Shown here piece after piece: positions 20,953-32,179 of a stretch of 64,000 nucleotides of DNA (within the stretch, counting starts at the first letter, position 1; each line of letters starts with the position of its first letter). The position numbers and the translations under genes were made by a program. The stretch comes from TPA_inf: Saccharomyces. Lineage: Eukaryota. The DNA lies in contig BK006946.2 of NCBI GenBank assembly GCA_000146045.2, positions 128,001-192,000 of the forward strand, written 5' to 3'. Under the pieces are notes generated by a model, which had not been told where the DNA came from, ran no database searches, and worked only from the letters and a program-made list of their open reading frames with translations.

Positions 20953-23532
20953 TTATTCTAAGATGTGGTCTTCGGTATCCTGACCACGAGGTTCGTCGGA
21001 AACCAATGAATGAACTTGATTACTATTAGACTCTTTTTTCAACTGAAATCTCTTCCTACTGTGTCTTTGCAACATCGCTGCGATACCATTATTAGATTGT
21101 GTGGTCGCTGATATGGGTGCTGGAGAATTTGACTTTGACTTGGATTTAGCCTTATATTTAGGGCCTGGTGCGTAGTCTAACTTCCTTTTTTTCACTTGCT
21201 CATCTGCCTCAAGTTGCTTATAGGCACTTTCGGCTGAAGATAAAGTAAGATAAAAATCAATTACCTTTTGATGTGCTTTGATCCTAGTTCTGTCAAAATT
21301 TAACACCTGTAGTCCTTCTCTTGAAACAGCTCTAGAAAGGGCAACGTACGCCTGACCCTTTTCGAATACTCTACGTAAATCCACTTTAACTTTTGGAAGT
21401 GTCTGACCCTGAGATTTGTGAATGGATAGTGACCAGGCAAGCATTAGCGGTAATTGAACCCTTGATACCAGTGGCTTTTCATTTTCGTCTTCTATCGCCC
21501 AATCCTCCGGCTCGACAAGCACCATCCTCGTACTCATATCAGAAGCTTTGAATCTCACGAGAGGTAACCTTCGTTTTCCTGCAGAGTTTTGATGTATGGT
21601 CTGCATCAGTTGTTCCTTGCGTTTTATATTTTCCAGCACAACTTCGTCATCTGTCTTGACTCTCTTCATGAAGTCAAAAACTGAGGAATCTAGGGGAGAG
21701 ACCGGCTCACCTATATCACTCTTAGCAAATCCCTCCTTCACTGAAGATTTGCGACTAGCTACCGCACTTTCTTCCCCATCACTTTGCTCCCTCTCCATTG
21801 CAGCTTTTAGTTTTGAAGGGTTTTCTGCCCAAGTCTCGAGTTTTTCTGGAGGCATAGATGGATCGTTTGTTAGCGCCTCATAGCAAAAATATGTTTCTGG
21901 ATCCATGAATTCGATGACTTTACCAAGGGATCCATTAACTAATGTTGCGTCTAGATTTTTTACCATCATAACCTGAGCGCCAACTTTCAAATGTAATTCC
22001 TTTGGAGCTAAAAAATTTTGTAACAGCCTTTCCTTTAACTCTTCGTCTTCCAAAGCACCGCCATCGATTGCATTAAAAATATGCACCTGGCCTGGCAATT
22101 TACTTAGCCTTGAATTATTGGCCCTTTCTACTTCCATTCTGGTACTATAAAGTTCCGCGGGAATAATTTCATCGTCTGGCAATGGTCTAGAAAGCTTCTT
22201 GAACTCTCTTTCTGTTTCATCATCAATATTGCCTAGTCTCATCCGATTCAACATGTCAATGAACTTAACATCGCCTCGCTGTCTAAAAACCTTTTGTAGC
22301 ATAATCGTCATCTTTACACCTTCTTTCCAAGCCTTGGATTCGAAAGCAAACTTAGTTGGTCTATTAGGATCTTTTGATACTGGCGGTAACTGGAAAAAAT
22401 CGCCACAGAAGATGAGTTGAATTCCACCGAAGGGTTGATGATTTTTCCGTATTTTTCTAGCTATGAAATCGAGTTTATCAAGCAGTTCTGCGTCTAACAT
22501 TGATATTTCATCGACAACCAAAGCACCAATATTTTCCCAGCGCCTTAGGTGCTTTCGAGACCTACGAACTTTTTTATAGAGTTTATCCGCATCACCTTTT
22601 CCTAATCCTATACCAGCGAACGAGTGTATGGTTATACCACCGATATTACAAGCAGCTAAACCCGTGGAAGCAGTGACTGCAACATTCTCCCTACCATATA
22701 TGCCTTTTAAAACTTTTATCATTTCACGTAAAAGAATGGATTTACCGGTACCGGCACTCCCTGTATAAAAAATGTTGTGGCCATTTTCTGCCAACTTGAT
22801 GATACTTTCTTGTTCTTTGCTTAAGCAAATCGGTATCTTGACTTTCACACCATTATGGGGATTCAAGTTACTGTCATCTTGGTCATTCTGCAATTCAGTG
22901 AAGCTAGGTCTTTGCGTCAAAACAGCAATCTTTTCTCCAAATTGCATTTTCTTCTTTTCGTTTTCATTTATCATTTCCAAACTTCTCTCTTGAGATATAG
23001 AATTATTTTGAAGTTCATCAAAAGAACTTTCCTTTTTCAACGCTGGTCTTAATGGATTCTTGAATCCTGTCGATCTCGATTTTTTTTGACTGCTCTGGTC
23101 AAATGAGTTTTCAGAAATTAACTGCGGTGGTTGTATTATACTGGGTTTAAACATATCGTTCCAGGATAAAGGACTGTCTTTATTGATAAAATTCATGACA
23201 TTTTTATCCCTCATAGGCTTTTTGTCCACCGGGTCTTCTTTATGTATGTCAGTGATAATTTTCTTTTCTTGCTTCTCAGTTTCTAACTGTATGCAATCAG
23301 GTTCTTCCCAATCATCCGAATCAGAGAGCAAATCTAGGTCTTCTTTTGAAAGTATGGAAGGATGCTTCAATTGTGCTTGAATAAAGTTATTAGACCTGAA
23401 ACCACGACTACTCATAGAAAACGATAGTTTGGCGTGCGATACGTTTTTGAGTAAAAGAAAACTGTTGAAACTACAGATAAATGGCCTTCTTGGTATAATA
23501 TGATTCAATGTTGATCTTATCCACTTTGGCAT
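20953..23532 (-). CDS. PIF1: 5'-3' DNA helicase Pif1, 859 aa (Walker A GSAGTGKS). A second in-frame ATG at codon 40, at 23415, is the known nuclear-isoform start.
   Basis: ORF track; helicase motifs; N-terminus [18 protein letters not shown]... followed by M40 SSRGF. Confidence 0.95.
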
Positions 23533-23870
23533 GTAAAATTGATTGATACAAGTAAGCTAATCGCTCAATGGATAATATTACAAATAAAAATATCGAGGCA
23601 ATACCAGTATTTCAATGTCTGGCCAAATAAATAGTTTAGTACAGCAATTTGATTAACGTTAAAGTTACTCTCCTCTTTGAATAATGTCGTGGTTAAAAAG
23701 TAAAGTATTTGTTTATACATTAAGTGAAGAAAATTAAGACGCGCCTTTCTTAATGTAACGCCAAAAATTTTTAAGAGATGAGCTGAACAGCATCACAAAA
23801 CTACTATTTCCAGCGGAAGAAGGCATTTGAAGCGTCCTGATTCATAATTGCGATTTTATTTATCAACCAG

Positions 23871-25001
23871 ATGTCTTATAAATTCGGCAAACTTGCCATT
23901 AATAAAAGTGAGCTATGTCTAGCAAATGTGCTACAGGCTGGCCAATCCTTTCGATGGATTTGGGATGAAAAGTTAAACCAGTACAGCACTACAATGAAGA
24001 TAGGCCAGCAAGAAAAGTATTCAGTAGTGATTTTGAGGCAAGATGAAGAGAATGAGATCCTGGAATTTGTTGCTGTCGGCGACTGTGGCAATCAGGACGC
24101 CTTAAAAACTCATCTAATGAAATATTTTAGATTGGACGTGTCACTGAAGCACTTATTCGATAATGTTTGGATTCCAAGCGATAAAGCATTTGCGAAACTT
24201 TCTCCACAAGGCATCCGTATCTTGGCCCAGGAACCATGGGAGACATTGATTTCCTTTATTTGCTCGAGTAATAATAACATTTCAAGAATTACGAGAATGT
24301 GCAATAGCCTTTGCTCTAATTTCGGGAACTTAATCACAACAATAGATGGGGTCGCCTACCATTCGTTTCCTACAAGTGAGGAGCTAACTTCTCGAGCCAC
24401 TGAAGCCAAGTTGCGTGAGCTGGGCTTTGGATATAGAGCTAAGTATATTATCGAAACCGCGAGAAAACTGGTGAATGATAAAGCTGAAGCTAATATTACT
24501 TCTGACACCACATACCTTCAAAGTATCTGTAAAGATGCTCAATATGAAGACGTTAGAGAGCACCTCATGTCCTACAATGGTGTAGGCCCCAAAGTTGCTG
24601 ATTGCGTTTGTCTAATGGGACTTCACATGGATGGCATCGTCCCCGTAGATGTCCATGTTAGTAGAATTGCGAAGAGGGACTACCAAATATCTGCGAACAA
24701 GAACCATCTCAAAGAATTGAGGACAAAATACAACGCCTTACCTATCTCAAGAAAAAAAATCAACCTAGAGCTCGACCATATTAGATTAATGCTTTTTAAA
24801 AAATGGGGATCATACGCTGGTTGGGCCCAAGGTGTCCTATTCTCTAAAGAAATCGGAGGGACTAGTGGTAGCACTACAACTGGTACTATAAAGAAGAGAA
24901 AATGGGATATGATAAAGGAAACGGAAGCAATTGTTACGAAACAAATGAAACTGAAAGTTGAATTGTCTGATCTTCACATCAAAGAAGCAAAAATAGATTA
25001 G
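23871..25001 (+). CDS. OGG1: 8-oxoguanine DNA glycosylase / AP lyase, 376 aa (HhH-GPD motif LMSYNGVGPKVADCVCLMGL)
   Basis: ORF track; HhH-GPD signature with the catalytic Lys/Asp context. Confidence 0.9.
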   Translation: MSYKFGKLAINKSELCLANVLQAGQSFRWIWDEKLNQYSTTMKIGQQEKYSVVILRQDEENEILEFVAVGDCGNQDALKTHLMKYFRLDVSLKHLFDNVWIPSDKAFAKLSPQGIRILAQEPWETLISFICSSNNNISRITRMCNSLCSNFGNLITTIDGVAYHSFPTSEELTSRATEAKLRELGFGYRAKYIIETARKLVNDKAEANITSDTTYLQSICKDAQYEDVREHLMSYNGVGPKVADCVCLMGLHMDGIVPVDVHVSRIAKRDYQISANKNHLKELRTKYNALPISRKKINLELDHIRLMLFKKWGSYAGWAQGVLFSKEIGGTSGSTTTGTIKKRKWDMIKETEAIVTKQMKLKVELSDLHIKEAKID

Positions 25002-25218
25002 CTTAAAAAGTCATAGTAAATACCACGATAAAAGCACGCGACCGAAAAGGCGATACATATTCTTTAAAGGAGCTTGAAAGGTAATGATTGAAATATTAGA
25101 GATATTTACAGTATAAAACACAAATATTTAGAACGATAAATAATACAGTAAAAAACAATGCAATACCTAAATCTATCTACAAAAAACGGTCACCAAGGCG
25201 TTGGAAGATAGAAATCTA

Positions 25219-28200
25219 TCAAATACTATTTCTTCTATGTAATAAAAACTCAGGAACTTGAGAATTCAAAGTGGTTTCTTGTGAACCAGGTATATATGGC
25301 ATCTTGTCGTCGTCAATAAGCCCTTGCAAAAAGATACGACCATAGTCTACACCCACATGATAAATTTCTTCGAACTTGCTAAAGTCTAATGTGGCATATT
25401 CTTCAATAGGTGGTCTCACATAAACGACACCTGGTGTATTTTTCGCTTTCTCTAAAGCATTTACTGATGCGACGTAACCCAATCTAACTTGAATCTCTGC
25501 CATATTGGGTATGTTTGGATGAGAAGAAAATGGATTCCATCTATTGAAAATGATCCAAAACCCATTTAGGGAGTCACCATATTCCATAGGCGTTCTATCA
25601 TCTGCAGAACCTACATCTACTGCAAATATAGTTTGGCAACCACGCGCTCTCATCTCAGTTACTGGTAAATTATCAACATAACCACCATCCAGTAACATAG
25701 ACCCGTTCTCTTCCAAAGGAGGTAAAAGACCAGCAAGAGACATCGAAGCTCTGATGTACCTCCACGCATAACCAAAGGAATGTATTTCTTGAACCGAATC
25801 GGTTATATTAGTAGAATTACAATAATACTGGATCCAGAAGTCTTCAATTCTTGTATCCCCGAAAGTTTTCCAAATACCTCTATTAAATTCGTGACCAGTA
25901 GTATAAGAAGTAACCGGCCAGGTTAAATCTGTTAACATTCTCCATATAGAGGAAATTCGACCAGCAAACTTCTTCACGCGGCCGTAAATTGGCACCAAAT
26001 CATAATCCTTCGCGTACAAACCGCCAACAAAGGAACCAATCGATGTTCCTCCAATAACGTCGACCGGAATACCTTGTTCTTCAATAGCTTGAATGACACC
26101 CAAATGACTAATACCTCTCGCACCTCCTCCTCCGAGGACAAGTCCAATAGCTTGTCCAGAAAGAATTCTAGCCAATCTTAGAAAATCATTTTTATGCCTA
26201 TGAACTGGTGTGTAATATTGTCTTTTACTTTTCATGAATCTTGAAGAAAAGTTTTCTACGGTGTTCTTGATAGAATCTGGAAGTAGTTTTGATATATTCT
26301 GTTGAGTTTTTCTACTGAATTCTGTTTGAATCAACTTATCCATTAATGCCAAGGCACCATTATTCAAAACGTGCATTTTGCCTTCGTTCATCAAGGTTGT
26401 TCCTGTCAAACTAAATTGAATGTGATGATGCGAATGAACCCATGGCCTATAGCGTAACCACTTATGGGTTAGTCCTGGTTCCACATACCTTTCAGGGTGT
26501 AGAAGAATTAACTCGGTCCTTGCGGTAGTCTTTGAATTTAGTAATAACTTTTCATATTCTCCTATTTCGGCTGATGGAGATCTAGCATCTGCTAGTAAGA
26601 GAATACAATCACCTTGCGCAATACAGGTTCTTGTCCAATTAGATTTAACTGGTGTATCTGATATATAAACAACAGTCTGGTACATTTCTTCTAGTTCAGC
26701 AAAGTAACCACTTTGTTTTAATTTGGACAATCTGTCAAATGCATGACGACCTAAATGTGTTAGGGTAGTTCTTTGATTTAAACCAATCGTGGTCCTTCCT
26801 ACCTGTTTGAAAGCTTGCACTAACTTCATAGCAAATGCTTCTACAGGTAGTCCACTGGTAATTGGTAAGATAGTGATGGTTCTAAAAGTAATTGTGCCAG
26901 AAGTAATATTTTGGGGTTTATGACTTAAAGAGCTAGAGTAAGACGCTTTCGTTGGAGGTATTAAAGAAGTGAAGTCGTTTTCCTTTATAGATAATGGATC
27001 GCCTGTTAATGCTGGAACAGTTCTATCTCCGACAATTTTTTTAGCAACTAATCTGGAAACTCTAATCATGATAGATGGATGTTCAAGAGCTAATAGTTCG
27101 AATAATGTTCTCGGAATTCTCGCTAATTCAGAATCCCTCACTGCCACTATCGTTGAATATCTATTCATAGCGGTAAGCACTTCAACTTCACCAAAACTCT
27201 CCCCCTGGGCCAGTTCTCCTAGAATAATGTTCTGAGTTTCAACTTCTTCGGAACTTGTATTGGAGTTTGACAATGACTGCTGTTGTAGCTGCCTTAGTCT
27301 ACCATTCAGGACAACATAAATACCGTTAGCCGAGTCACCTTGTGAAAATAGAGTTTCAGAAGCCCTCAAGTGAACCCATTCTAAAGCATGGTCGAGCTTT
27401 AATAACCTTGAAGATAGCAATTTGGTTAATGAATCAGAAATCCGTAAGTAGATTAGGAAATATTTATCAAACAATCTTTCTAAGGTTGCACTAGATAAAA
27501 ATCCAACATAGACATCGCTCTTGGCAACGATATTAACAAATGATTTGTAACCAATTAGAGAGGACAAGTAGCCCACAATACCACCAGATCCTACAGAGTA
27601 TAACAAATGTTGAGTATGATGAGGATTTTCACCCTTGTGTGAACTTTGGGCTGAAACCTGCTCTGGTTTAGACATTGATGATACTACTGACGAGGACGAA
27701 TTTGTTGTCACATTAACTTTCCCGGAAATGATATAGAATAGGCCTTTACCACGAGCGTTCTGCTCAACAATTGTGGTGCCCTTTTTAAAGAACTTCAACT
27801 GAATGCCTTGTGCAAAGTCTTTCTTGACATCTTCGAAATCCAAATTGGGTGTCAACTCCTCTTTGTAAGCTCTAGGTTTTTTTTTGTCCTGGCTTTTACT
27901 TTTATTATGCCTTTTATTGCTGATAGTGTATTCTTTGGGTAGGATTCTTAACATTGTCGGTTGAGTTTGAGGAGAGGCAAATGATGAAGCTACGGAAATG
28001 TCAGATGGTGTACAGTGAGGGGACATCAGAAAACTTGCGTTACTTGGACGGCGGCTATACATTTCATTAAGTTGAGGAGAGTTTAAAGAAGACATATTTG
28101 CTATCGAAGAAGATGAAACGGACATATTGCTTTTGTTTACACCCAAGTATGTTAACATTGCCTCAACTAAAGCCATTCTTAAAGCAGAGTCCTCGGTTTC

Positions 28201-30258
28201 TTCCTGGGCAGCAGAAAAGGATGTTGTGGGCAGTAAATTAGGTCTTGGAGAGACCCGTCCCTTCAAATGAACGGGACTTGGGTGGATATGGTCATGAACA
28301 GAAGTATTATCCAAGGACAAGGGCGATGTACTAAGTTGTGCGTTGCGCAATTCTGGGGACAAAGAAGAAAACTTCTTAGAGTGTACGGAAGCATTGTTAC
28401 TGCTACTCCTAGAAGATCGCTTATGTTGGTTAGAGGTAGAAGTGTTAATACCGTTTGATTTATTGCGGTTGTTATTATGGATTGGGTTGGGTGACAGAAT
28501 ATCCATAGTTCTAGACAGTGGGACATTTGACAGTAAATCACCAGGATTAAATTGGTCTCTTGAACCCAGTACGACATGTCTCGAACTTGGATGGTGGGTG
28601 AATTCTGGTTTCAGTGAAAGGGAATTCGAACTTGTGTTAGCGTTGGCGTTAGCAATCTTAAGCGATTGAATGATACCATCAGATGGCTTCGCTTTGGGCG
28701 GTTTCTTCAATTTAGAGGAAGCATTACTATTTTTGGGTTTCGGTTCTAAATCAGCCGATCCGCTCGACTTATCTACAGTTTTAAACTTACGAATAACGGC
28801 CTCTTTCAAATAATAAGGCAATTCATAAACGATGGATTTATTTAGTAAAACTTCGATATCCATGATCTCCTTTGTTAAACCTAAGTAGTCGTGAGCAGTT
28901 TGGAACGTAACATGGTATAGCTTGGTGAGAACCATCTGTATGATATGGGAAGCAGACCGTGGGTATTTTGCGGTTAATTTGGCAAACGATTGAGGTGGGA
29001 TAATACCAATTGTGCAGTCTGTAGCCGCACGGGCGACAAGTTTAGGCATTGAAGAGGGGAACGTTGGAAAGCTGTTGGTGGAGTTTGTCATGGAATCTGT
29101 GTTGGAGAAGTTCTGCTCTGATGAGCAGAACATATTGTTGACCGACACCGTTGTGTCTATAGGTGACGATAACTCAGAGGGAAAGTTACTGTTGCCATAC
29201 GAGGACATGGAATGCGTGAATAAGTTTAAAATGCTCACGAGGGAGGTCAGCGGGTTTCCTGGCTTGACTGTATTTAGCAGTTGAAAATTTCCCAGTCCAT
29301 TTTTCAGATGAATGTAACCAACGGATTCATCTTCTTCATCGATGAGGTTAGAAGAACAAGATTTGGTGTCGTAGTTATCAATGTCATCATCTTCTTCTTC
29401 GTCTTCTTCATCTCTATCCTGGTCGTCAAGACCATCCGTGTCACTGTGGTCAGTTTCATCGCCATGGTCCTTATCTGAATGATCTACTTCATGATATAAC
29501 TGCAGGGTGCCTTCAACGACGATGGCAAACCCAATAGTACTGTCCAACAGTAAAATCTCACCCTCATCCATTTTTTGAGTTTTCATATTCTTGGTCAGGT
29601 CATGGAAGACTGGTTTTTCCAGATAGCCAAAGATTTTGATGGCGCTGAGAAATTGGTCAAGGTAAGATGAAAGAAAGGTTTCGTTTTCGTTGCCATCTTT
29701 CAATGAATGCTTTTTTGAGTCTATAATCGAGCTTGCACCCGTGGTAGAGGAACCTATGGCGGGTGGCGCGTTGGCTGACTGAGTGGAAGCTGCATTGATA
29801 TTGGCGCTGGAGCCAGATTTACCTGTATTTTCCAGCGGCAAGAACTCCGGGGTCAGCCTCTTGTACTGGGATAGAATTCTCTCCTTCATGATGGTGTAAG
29901 TCACAAAGACTATGACGGCTAGGGCAAACAGGATCAGCCAAAAGGAAAGAGTGAACTGAACATGGTGTAACTTGAAGAAGATCCACTTCGGAATCCTTAA
30001 AAGCGATAAAGTTGCCAGATACCAACCGTACCTGAAGATCATACGAGAGGCACCCATAACAAAGTAGGACACAACCCACGAGAAGTTGAAGAGGGATGAA
30101 AGTGACCACGTCTGCGCCTCAGAAATAATCTGGTCGGTGAGACATGTCTGGAATCTATAAGAAGTATAATTACTGGAATTAAAGCTGGAGCCAAGACTGT
30201 TTTTCGTGTTTTGGCCGGTATTGTTGGTGTTGTTCGTAGTGCAATTCATTGAACGCAT
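25219..30258 (-). CDS. NTE1: Neuropathy-target-esterase family phosphatidylcholine phospholipase B, 1679 aa. It has an N-terminal TM segment, cNMP-binding-like repeats and a patatin domain (GGGGARG ... GTSIG).
   Basis: ORF track; patatin motifs near the C-terminus. Confidence 0.9.
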   Translation of the reverse strand: MRSMNCTTNNTNNTGQNTKNSLGSSFNSSNYTSYRFQTCLTDQIISEAQTWSLSSLFNFSWVVSYFVMGASRMIFRYGWYLATLSLLRIPKWIFFKLHHVQFTLSFWLILFALAVIVFVTYTIMKERILSQYKRLTPEFLPLENTGKSGSSANINAASTQSANAPPAIGSSTTGASSIIDSKKHSLKDGNENETFLSSYLDQFLSAIKIFGYLEKPVFHDLTKNMKTQKMDEGEILLLDSTIGFAIVVEGTLQLYHEVDHSDKDHGDETDHSDTDGLDDQDRDEEDEEEDDDIDNYDTKSCSSNLIDEEDESVGYIHLKNGLGNFQLLNTVKPGNPLTSLVSILNLFTHSMSSYGNSNFPSELSSPIDTTVSVNNMFCSSEQNFSNTDSMTNSTNSFPTFPSSMPKLVARAATDCTIGIIPPQSFAKLTAKYPRSASHIIQMVLTKLYHVTFQTAHDYLGLTKEIMDIEVLLNKSIVYELPYYLKEAVIRKFKTVDKSSGSADLEPKPKNSNASSKLKKPPKAKPSDGIIQSLKIANANANTSSNSLSLKPEFTHHPSSRHVVLGSRDQFNPGDLLSNVPLSRTMDILSPNPIHNNNRNKSNGINTSTSNQHKRSSRSSSNNASVHSKKFSSLSPELRNAQLSTSPLSLDNTSVHDHIHPSPVHLKGRVSPRPNLLPTTSFSAAQEETEDSALRMALVEAMLTYLGVNKSNMSVSSSSIANMSSLNSPQLNEMYSRRPSNASFLMSPHCTPSDISVASSFASPQTQPTMLRILPKEYTISNKRHNKSKSQDKKKPRAYKEELTPNLDFEDVKKDFAQGIQLKFFKKGTTIVEQNARGKGLFYIISGKVNVTTNSSSSVVSSMSKPEQVSAQSSHKGENPHHTQHLLYSVGSGGIVGYLSSLIGYKSFVNIVAKSDVYVGFLSSATLERLFDKYFLIYLRISDSLTKLLSSRLLKLDHALEWVHLRASETLFSQGDSANGIYVVLNGRLRQLQQQSLSNSNTSSEEVETQNIILGELAQGESFGEVEVLTAMNRYSTIVAVRDSELARIPRTLFELLALEHPSIMIRVSRLVAKKIVGDRTVPALTGDPLSIKENDFTSLIPPTKASYSSSLSHKPQNITSGTITFRTITILPITSGLPVEAFAMKLVQAFKQVGRTTIGLNQRTTLTHLGRHAFDRLSKLKQSGYFAELEEMYQTVVYISDTPVKSNWTRTCIAQGDCILLLADARSPSAEIGEYEKLLLNSKTTARTELILLHPERYVEPGLTHKWLRYRPWVHSHHHIQFSLTGTTLMNEGKMHVLNNGALALMDKLIQTEFSRKTQQNISKLLPDSIKNTVENFSSRFMKSKRQYYTPVHRHKNDFLRLARILSGQAIGLVLGGGGARGISHLGVIQAIEEQGIPVDVIGGTSIGSFVGGLYAKDYDLVPIYGRVKKFAGRISSIWRMLTDLTWPVTSYTTGHEFNRGIWKTFGDTRIEDFWIQYYCNSTNITDSVQEIHSFGYAWRYIRASMSLAGLLPPLEENGSMLLDGGYVDNLPVTEMRARGCQTIFAVDVGSADDRTPMEYGDSLNGFWIIFNRWNPFSSHPNIPNMAEIQVRLGYVASVNALEKAKNTPGVVYVRPPIEEYATLDFSKFEEIYHVGVDYGRIFLQGLIDDDKMPYIPGSQETTLNSQVPEFLLHRRNSI

Positions 30259-30546
30259 GCAAAAACTAGAGCCAAGCCTTTCTATTCTTTTCTTGTTTAT
30301 TTTATATTCGTTAGAGTTTTGTGGTGTTTCTTTAACTTAATAAACTTTCGAGAAAAGTGTCAAGTTTCCCAGATTTTTAAGATCCTTATAACCTGTAAAA
30401 AAAAAAAAAAAAAAAAAAAAGAAGGGTTTAAATAAAAATCGGACTTACTCAAAGGGTTGAAAAGCACTTTAATATAGGTTTTTAGTTTCGGGTAAGAAGA
30501 TGTGTCAAAGGTCTCGAAAAGGAAACATTAGGGCAAATACGTAAAG

Positions 30547-30599
30547 GTTGCCTTCGTATCTCGTTTCCACAGCAACGAGAAACGAGATACGAAGGCAAC
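30547..30599. promoter_or_regulatory. Perfect inverted repeat, 21-bp arms (GTTGCCTTCGTATCTCGTTTC / GAAACGAGATACGAAGGCAAC) with an 11-bp spacer, ending about 12 bp upstream of the HUG1 TATAAAAG at 30613-30620. Arms carry Crt1/Rfx1 X-box half-sites (GTTGCC / GGCAAC).
   Basis: Checked base by base. The arms do not extend further. Location is about 160-210 bp upstream of the HUG1 ATG. Confidence 0.5.
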
Positions 30600-30759
30600 T
30601 GATTCCCAGCATATAAAAGGCCATGAATTTTTGGCGTTTCCTATTGTCTTTTCGAAACTATTTCTTTCATTCCTTTCCTTTCTTGTTCTTTTACTTATAA
30701 GAAAAATAATATACGTATATATATAACTACAAACCACATCAGCAATAAAAAAAAACTAT

Positions 30760-30966
30760 ATGACCATGGACCAAGGCCTTAACCCAAAGCAATTCTTCCT
30801 TGACGATGTCGTCCTACAAGACACTTTGTGCTCAATGAGCAACCGTGTCAACAAGAGTGTCAAGACCGGCTACTTATTCCCCAAGGATCACGTTCCTTCT
30901 GCCAACATCATTGCCGTCGAACGTCGCGGCGGTCTTTCTGACATTGGTAAGAATACTTCCAACTAA
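30760..30966 (+). CDS. HUG1: Small DNA-damage/replication-stress-induced protein, 68 aa
   Basis: ORF track; begins MTMDQGLNPKQFFLDDVVLQDTLCSMSNRVNK. Size and position immediately upstream of SML1. Confidence 0.85.
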   Translation: MTMDQGLNPKQFFLDDVVLQDTLCSMSNRVNKSVKTGYLFPKDHVPSANIIAVERRGGLSDIGKNTSN

Positions 30967-31382
30967 GAGCATGCTTCTCTTTTTTTTTGTAGGCCAATGA
31001 TAGGAAAGAACAATAGATTATAAATACGTCAGAATATAGTAGATATGTTTTTATGTTTAGACCTCGTACATAGGAATAATTGACGTTTTTTTTTGGCCAA
31101 CATTTGAAATTTTTTTTTGTTACCTCGCGCTGAGCCCAAACGGGCTCCACTACCCGCCGCGGTCGCCATTTTGGGAAGTCATCCGTCCCAAAAAGGAAAT
31201 AGCCATAACATATCGTTACTGTTTTGGAACATCGCCCGTTTCGCCCGATTCCGCCTCAGCGGGTATAAAAAGAGATCTTTTTTTTTCCTGGCTGTCCCTT
31301 CCCATTTTTAAATGTCTTATCTGCTCCTTTGTGATCTTACGGTCTCACTAACCTCTCTTCAACTGCTCAATAATTTCCCGCT

Positions 31383-31697
31383 ATGCAAAATTCCCAAGAC
31401 TACTTTTACGCTCAAAATCGCTGCCAACAACAACAAGCCCCTTCCACATTGCGTACCGTGACCATGGCGGAATTTAGAAGGGTGCCTTTGCCACCTATGG
31501 CTGAGGTTCCTATGTTGTCTACTCAAAACTCCATGGGCAGCTCCGCTTCTGCCTCCGCTTCTTCATTAGAAATGTGGGAAAAGGATTTGGAGGAGAGACT
31601 CAACTCTATCGATCATGACATGAACAACAACAAATTTGGTTCTGGCGAACTAAAATCTATGTTCAACCAGGGTAAGGTCGAGGAAATGGACTTCTAA
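31383..31697 (+). CDS. SML1: Ribonucleotide reductase inhibitor, 104 aa
   Basis: ORF track; begins MQNSQDYFYAQNRCQQQQAPSTLRTVTMAEFRRVPLPPMAEVP. Confidence 0.9.
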   Translation: MQNSQDYFYAQNRCQQQQAPSTLRTVTMAEFRRVPLPPMAEVPMLSTQNSMGSSASASASSLEMWEKDLEERLNSIDHDMNNNKFGSGELKSMFNQGKVEEMDF

Positions 31698-31845
31698 AGT
31701 TCCTTTCATACTCTTTTCTTTTCTCTTTCCATTTCCCACTAGTTCTGTTCTTTTCTTCTCTTAGATACCCTTCTTTTCAGGGACTCTCGTCCTACTATTG
31801 TTGTCATTCTCGAAACATTCTCTCCCGTGCATTTTCCTTTCCCTT

Positions 31846-31876
<31 letters not shown>

Positions 31877-32179
31877 GTCTCTTCTACGTATTTTTGTATT
31901 TCTGTGTCTTTATCAAAGATAGTCTATAATACGTTTGATACAGCTAGATATCGCTAGCGCCAACATTGTCCCCCTCTCTTGATCAATGCTTTTTTTCGGC
32001 CCGAGACAAATGAGAAAATGTCCTAAAAATACCTTTCATCAAGACTCCTATTTTTCCTTAGAAAAAACATATATCCAACTGGAACAGTATTAAGCCAATT
32101 GCTACGATACAAACAAAAGGAGATATTCCTTCCCTCCCATAGAGTCACACAGGAGCCAGTACTTCTTCTTGAACCCGCA

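Noticed and set aside
30547-30599. Possibility that the HUG1 palindrome is a transcribed RNA hairpin or riboswitch-like element
   Set aside because: It lies upstream of the TATA box, outside the expected transcript, so a DNA-level operator is more plausible than an RNA structure.
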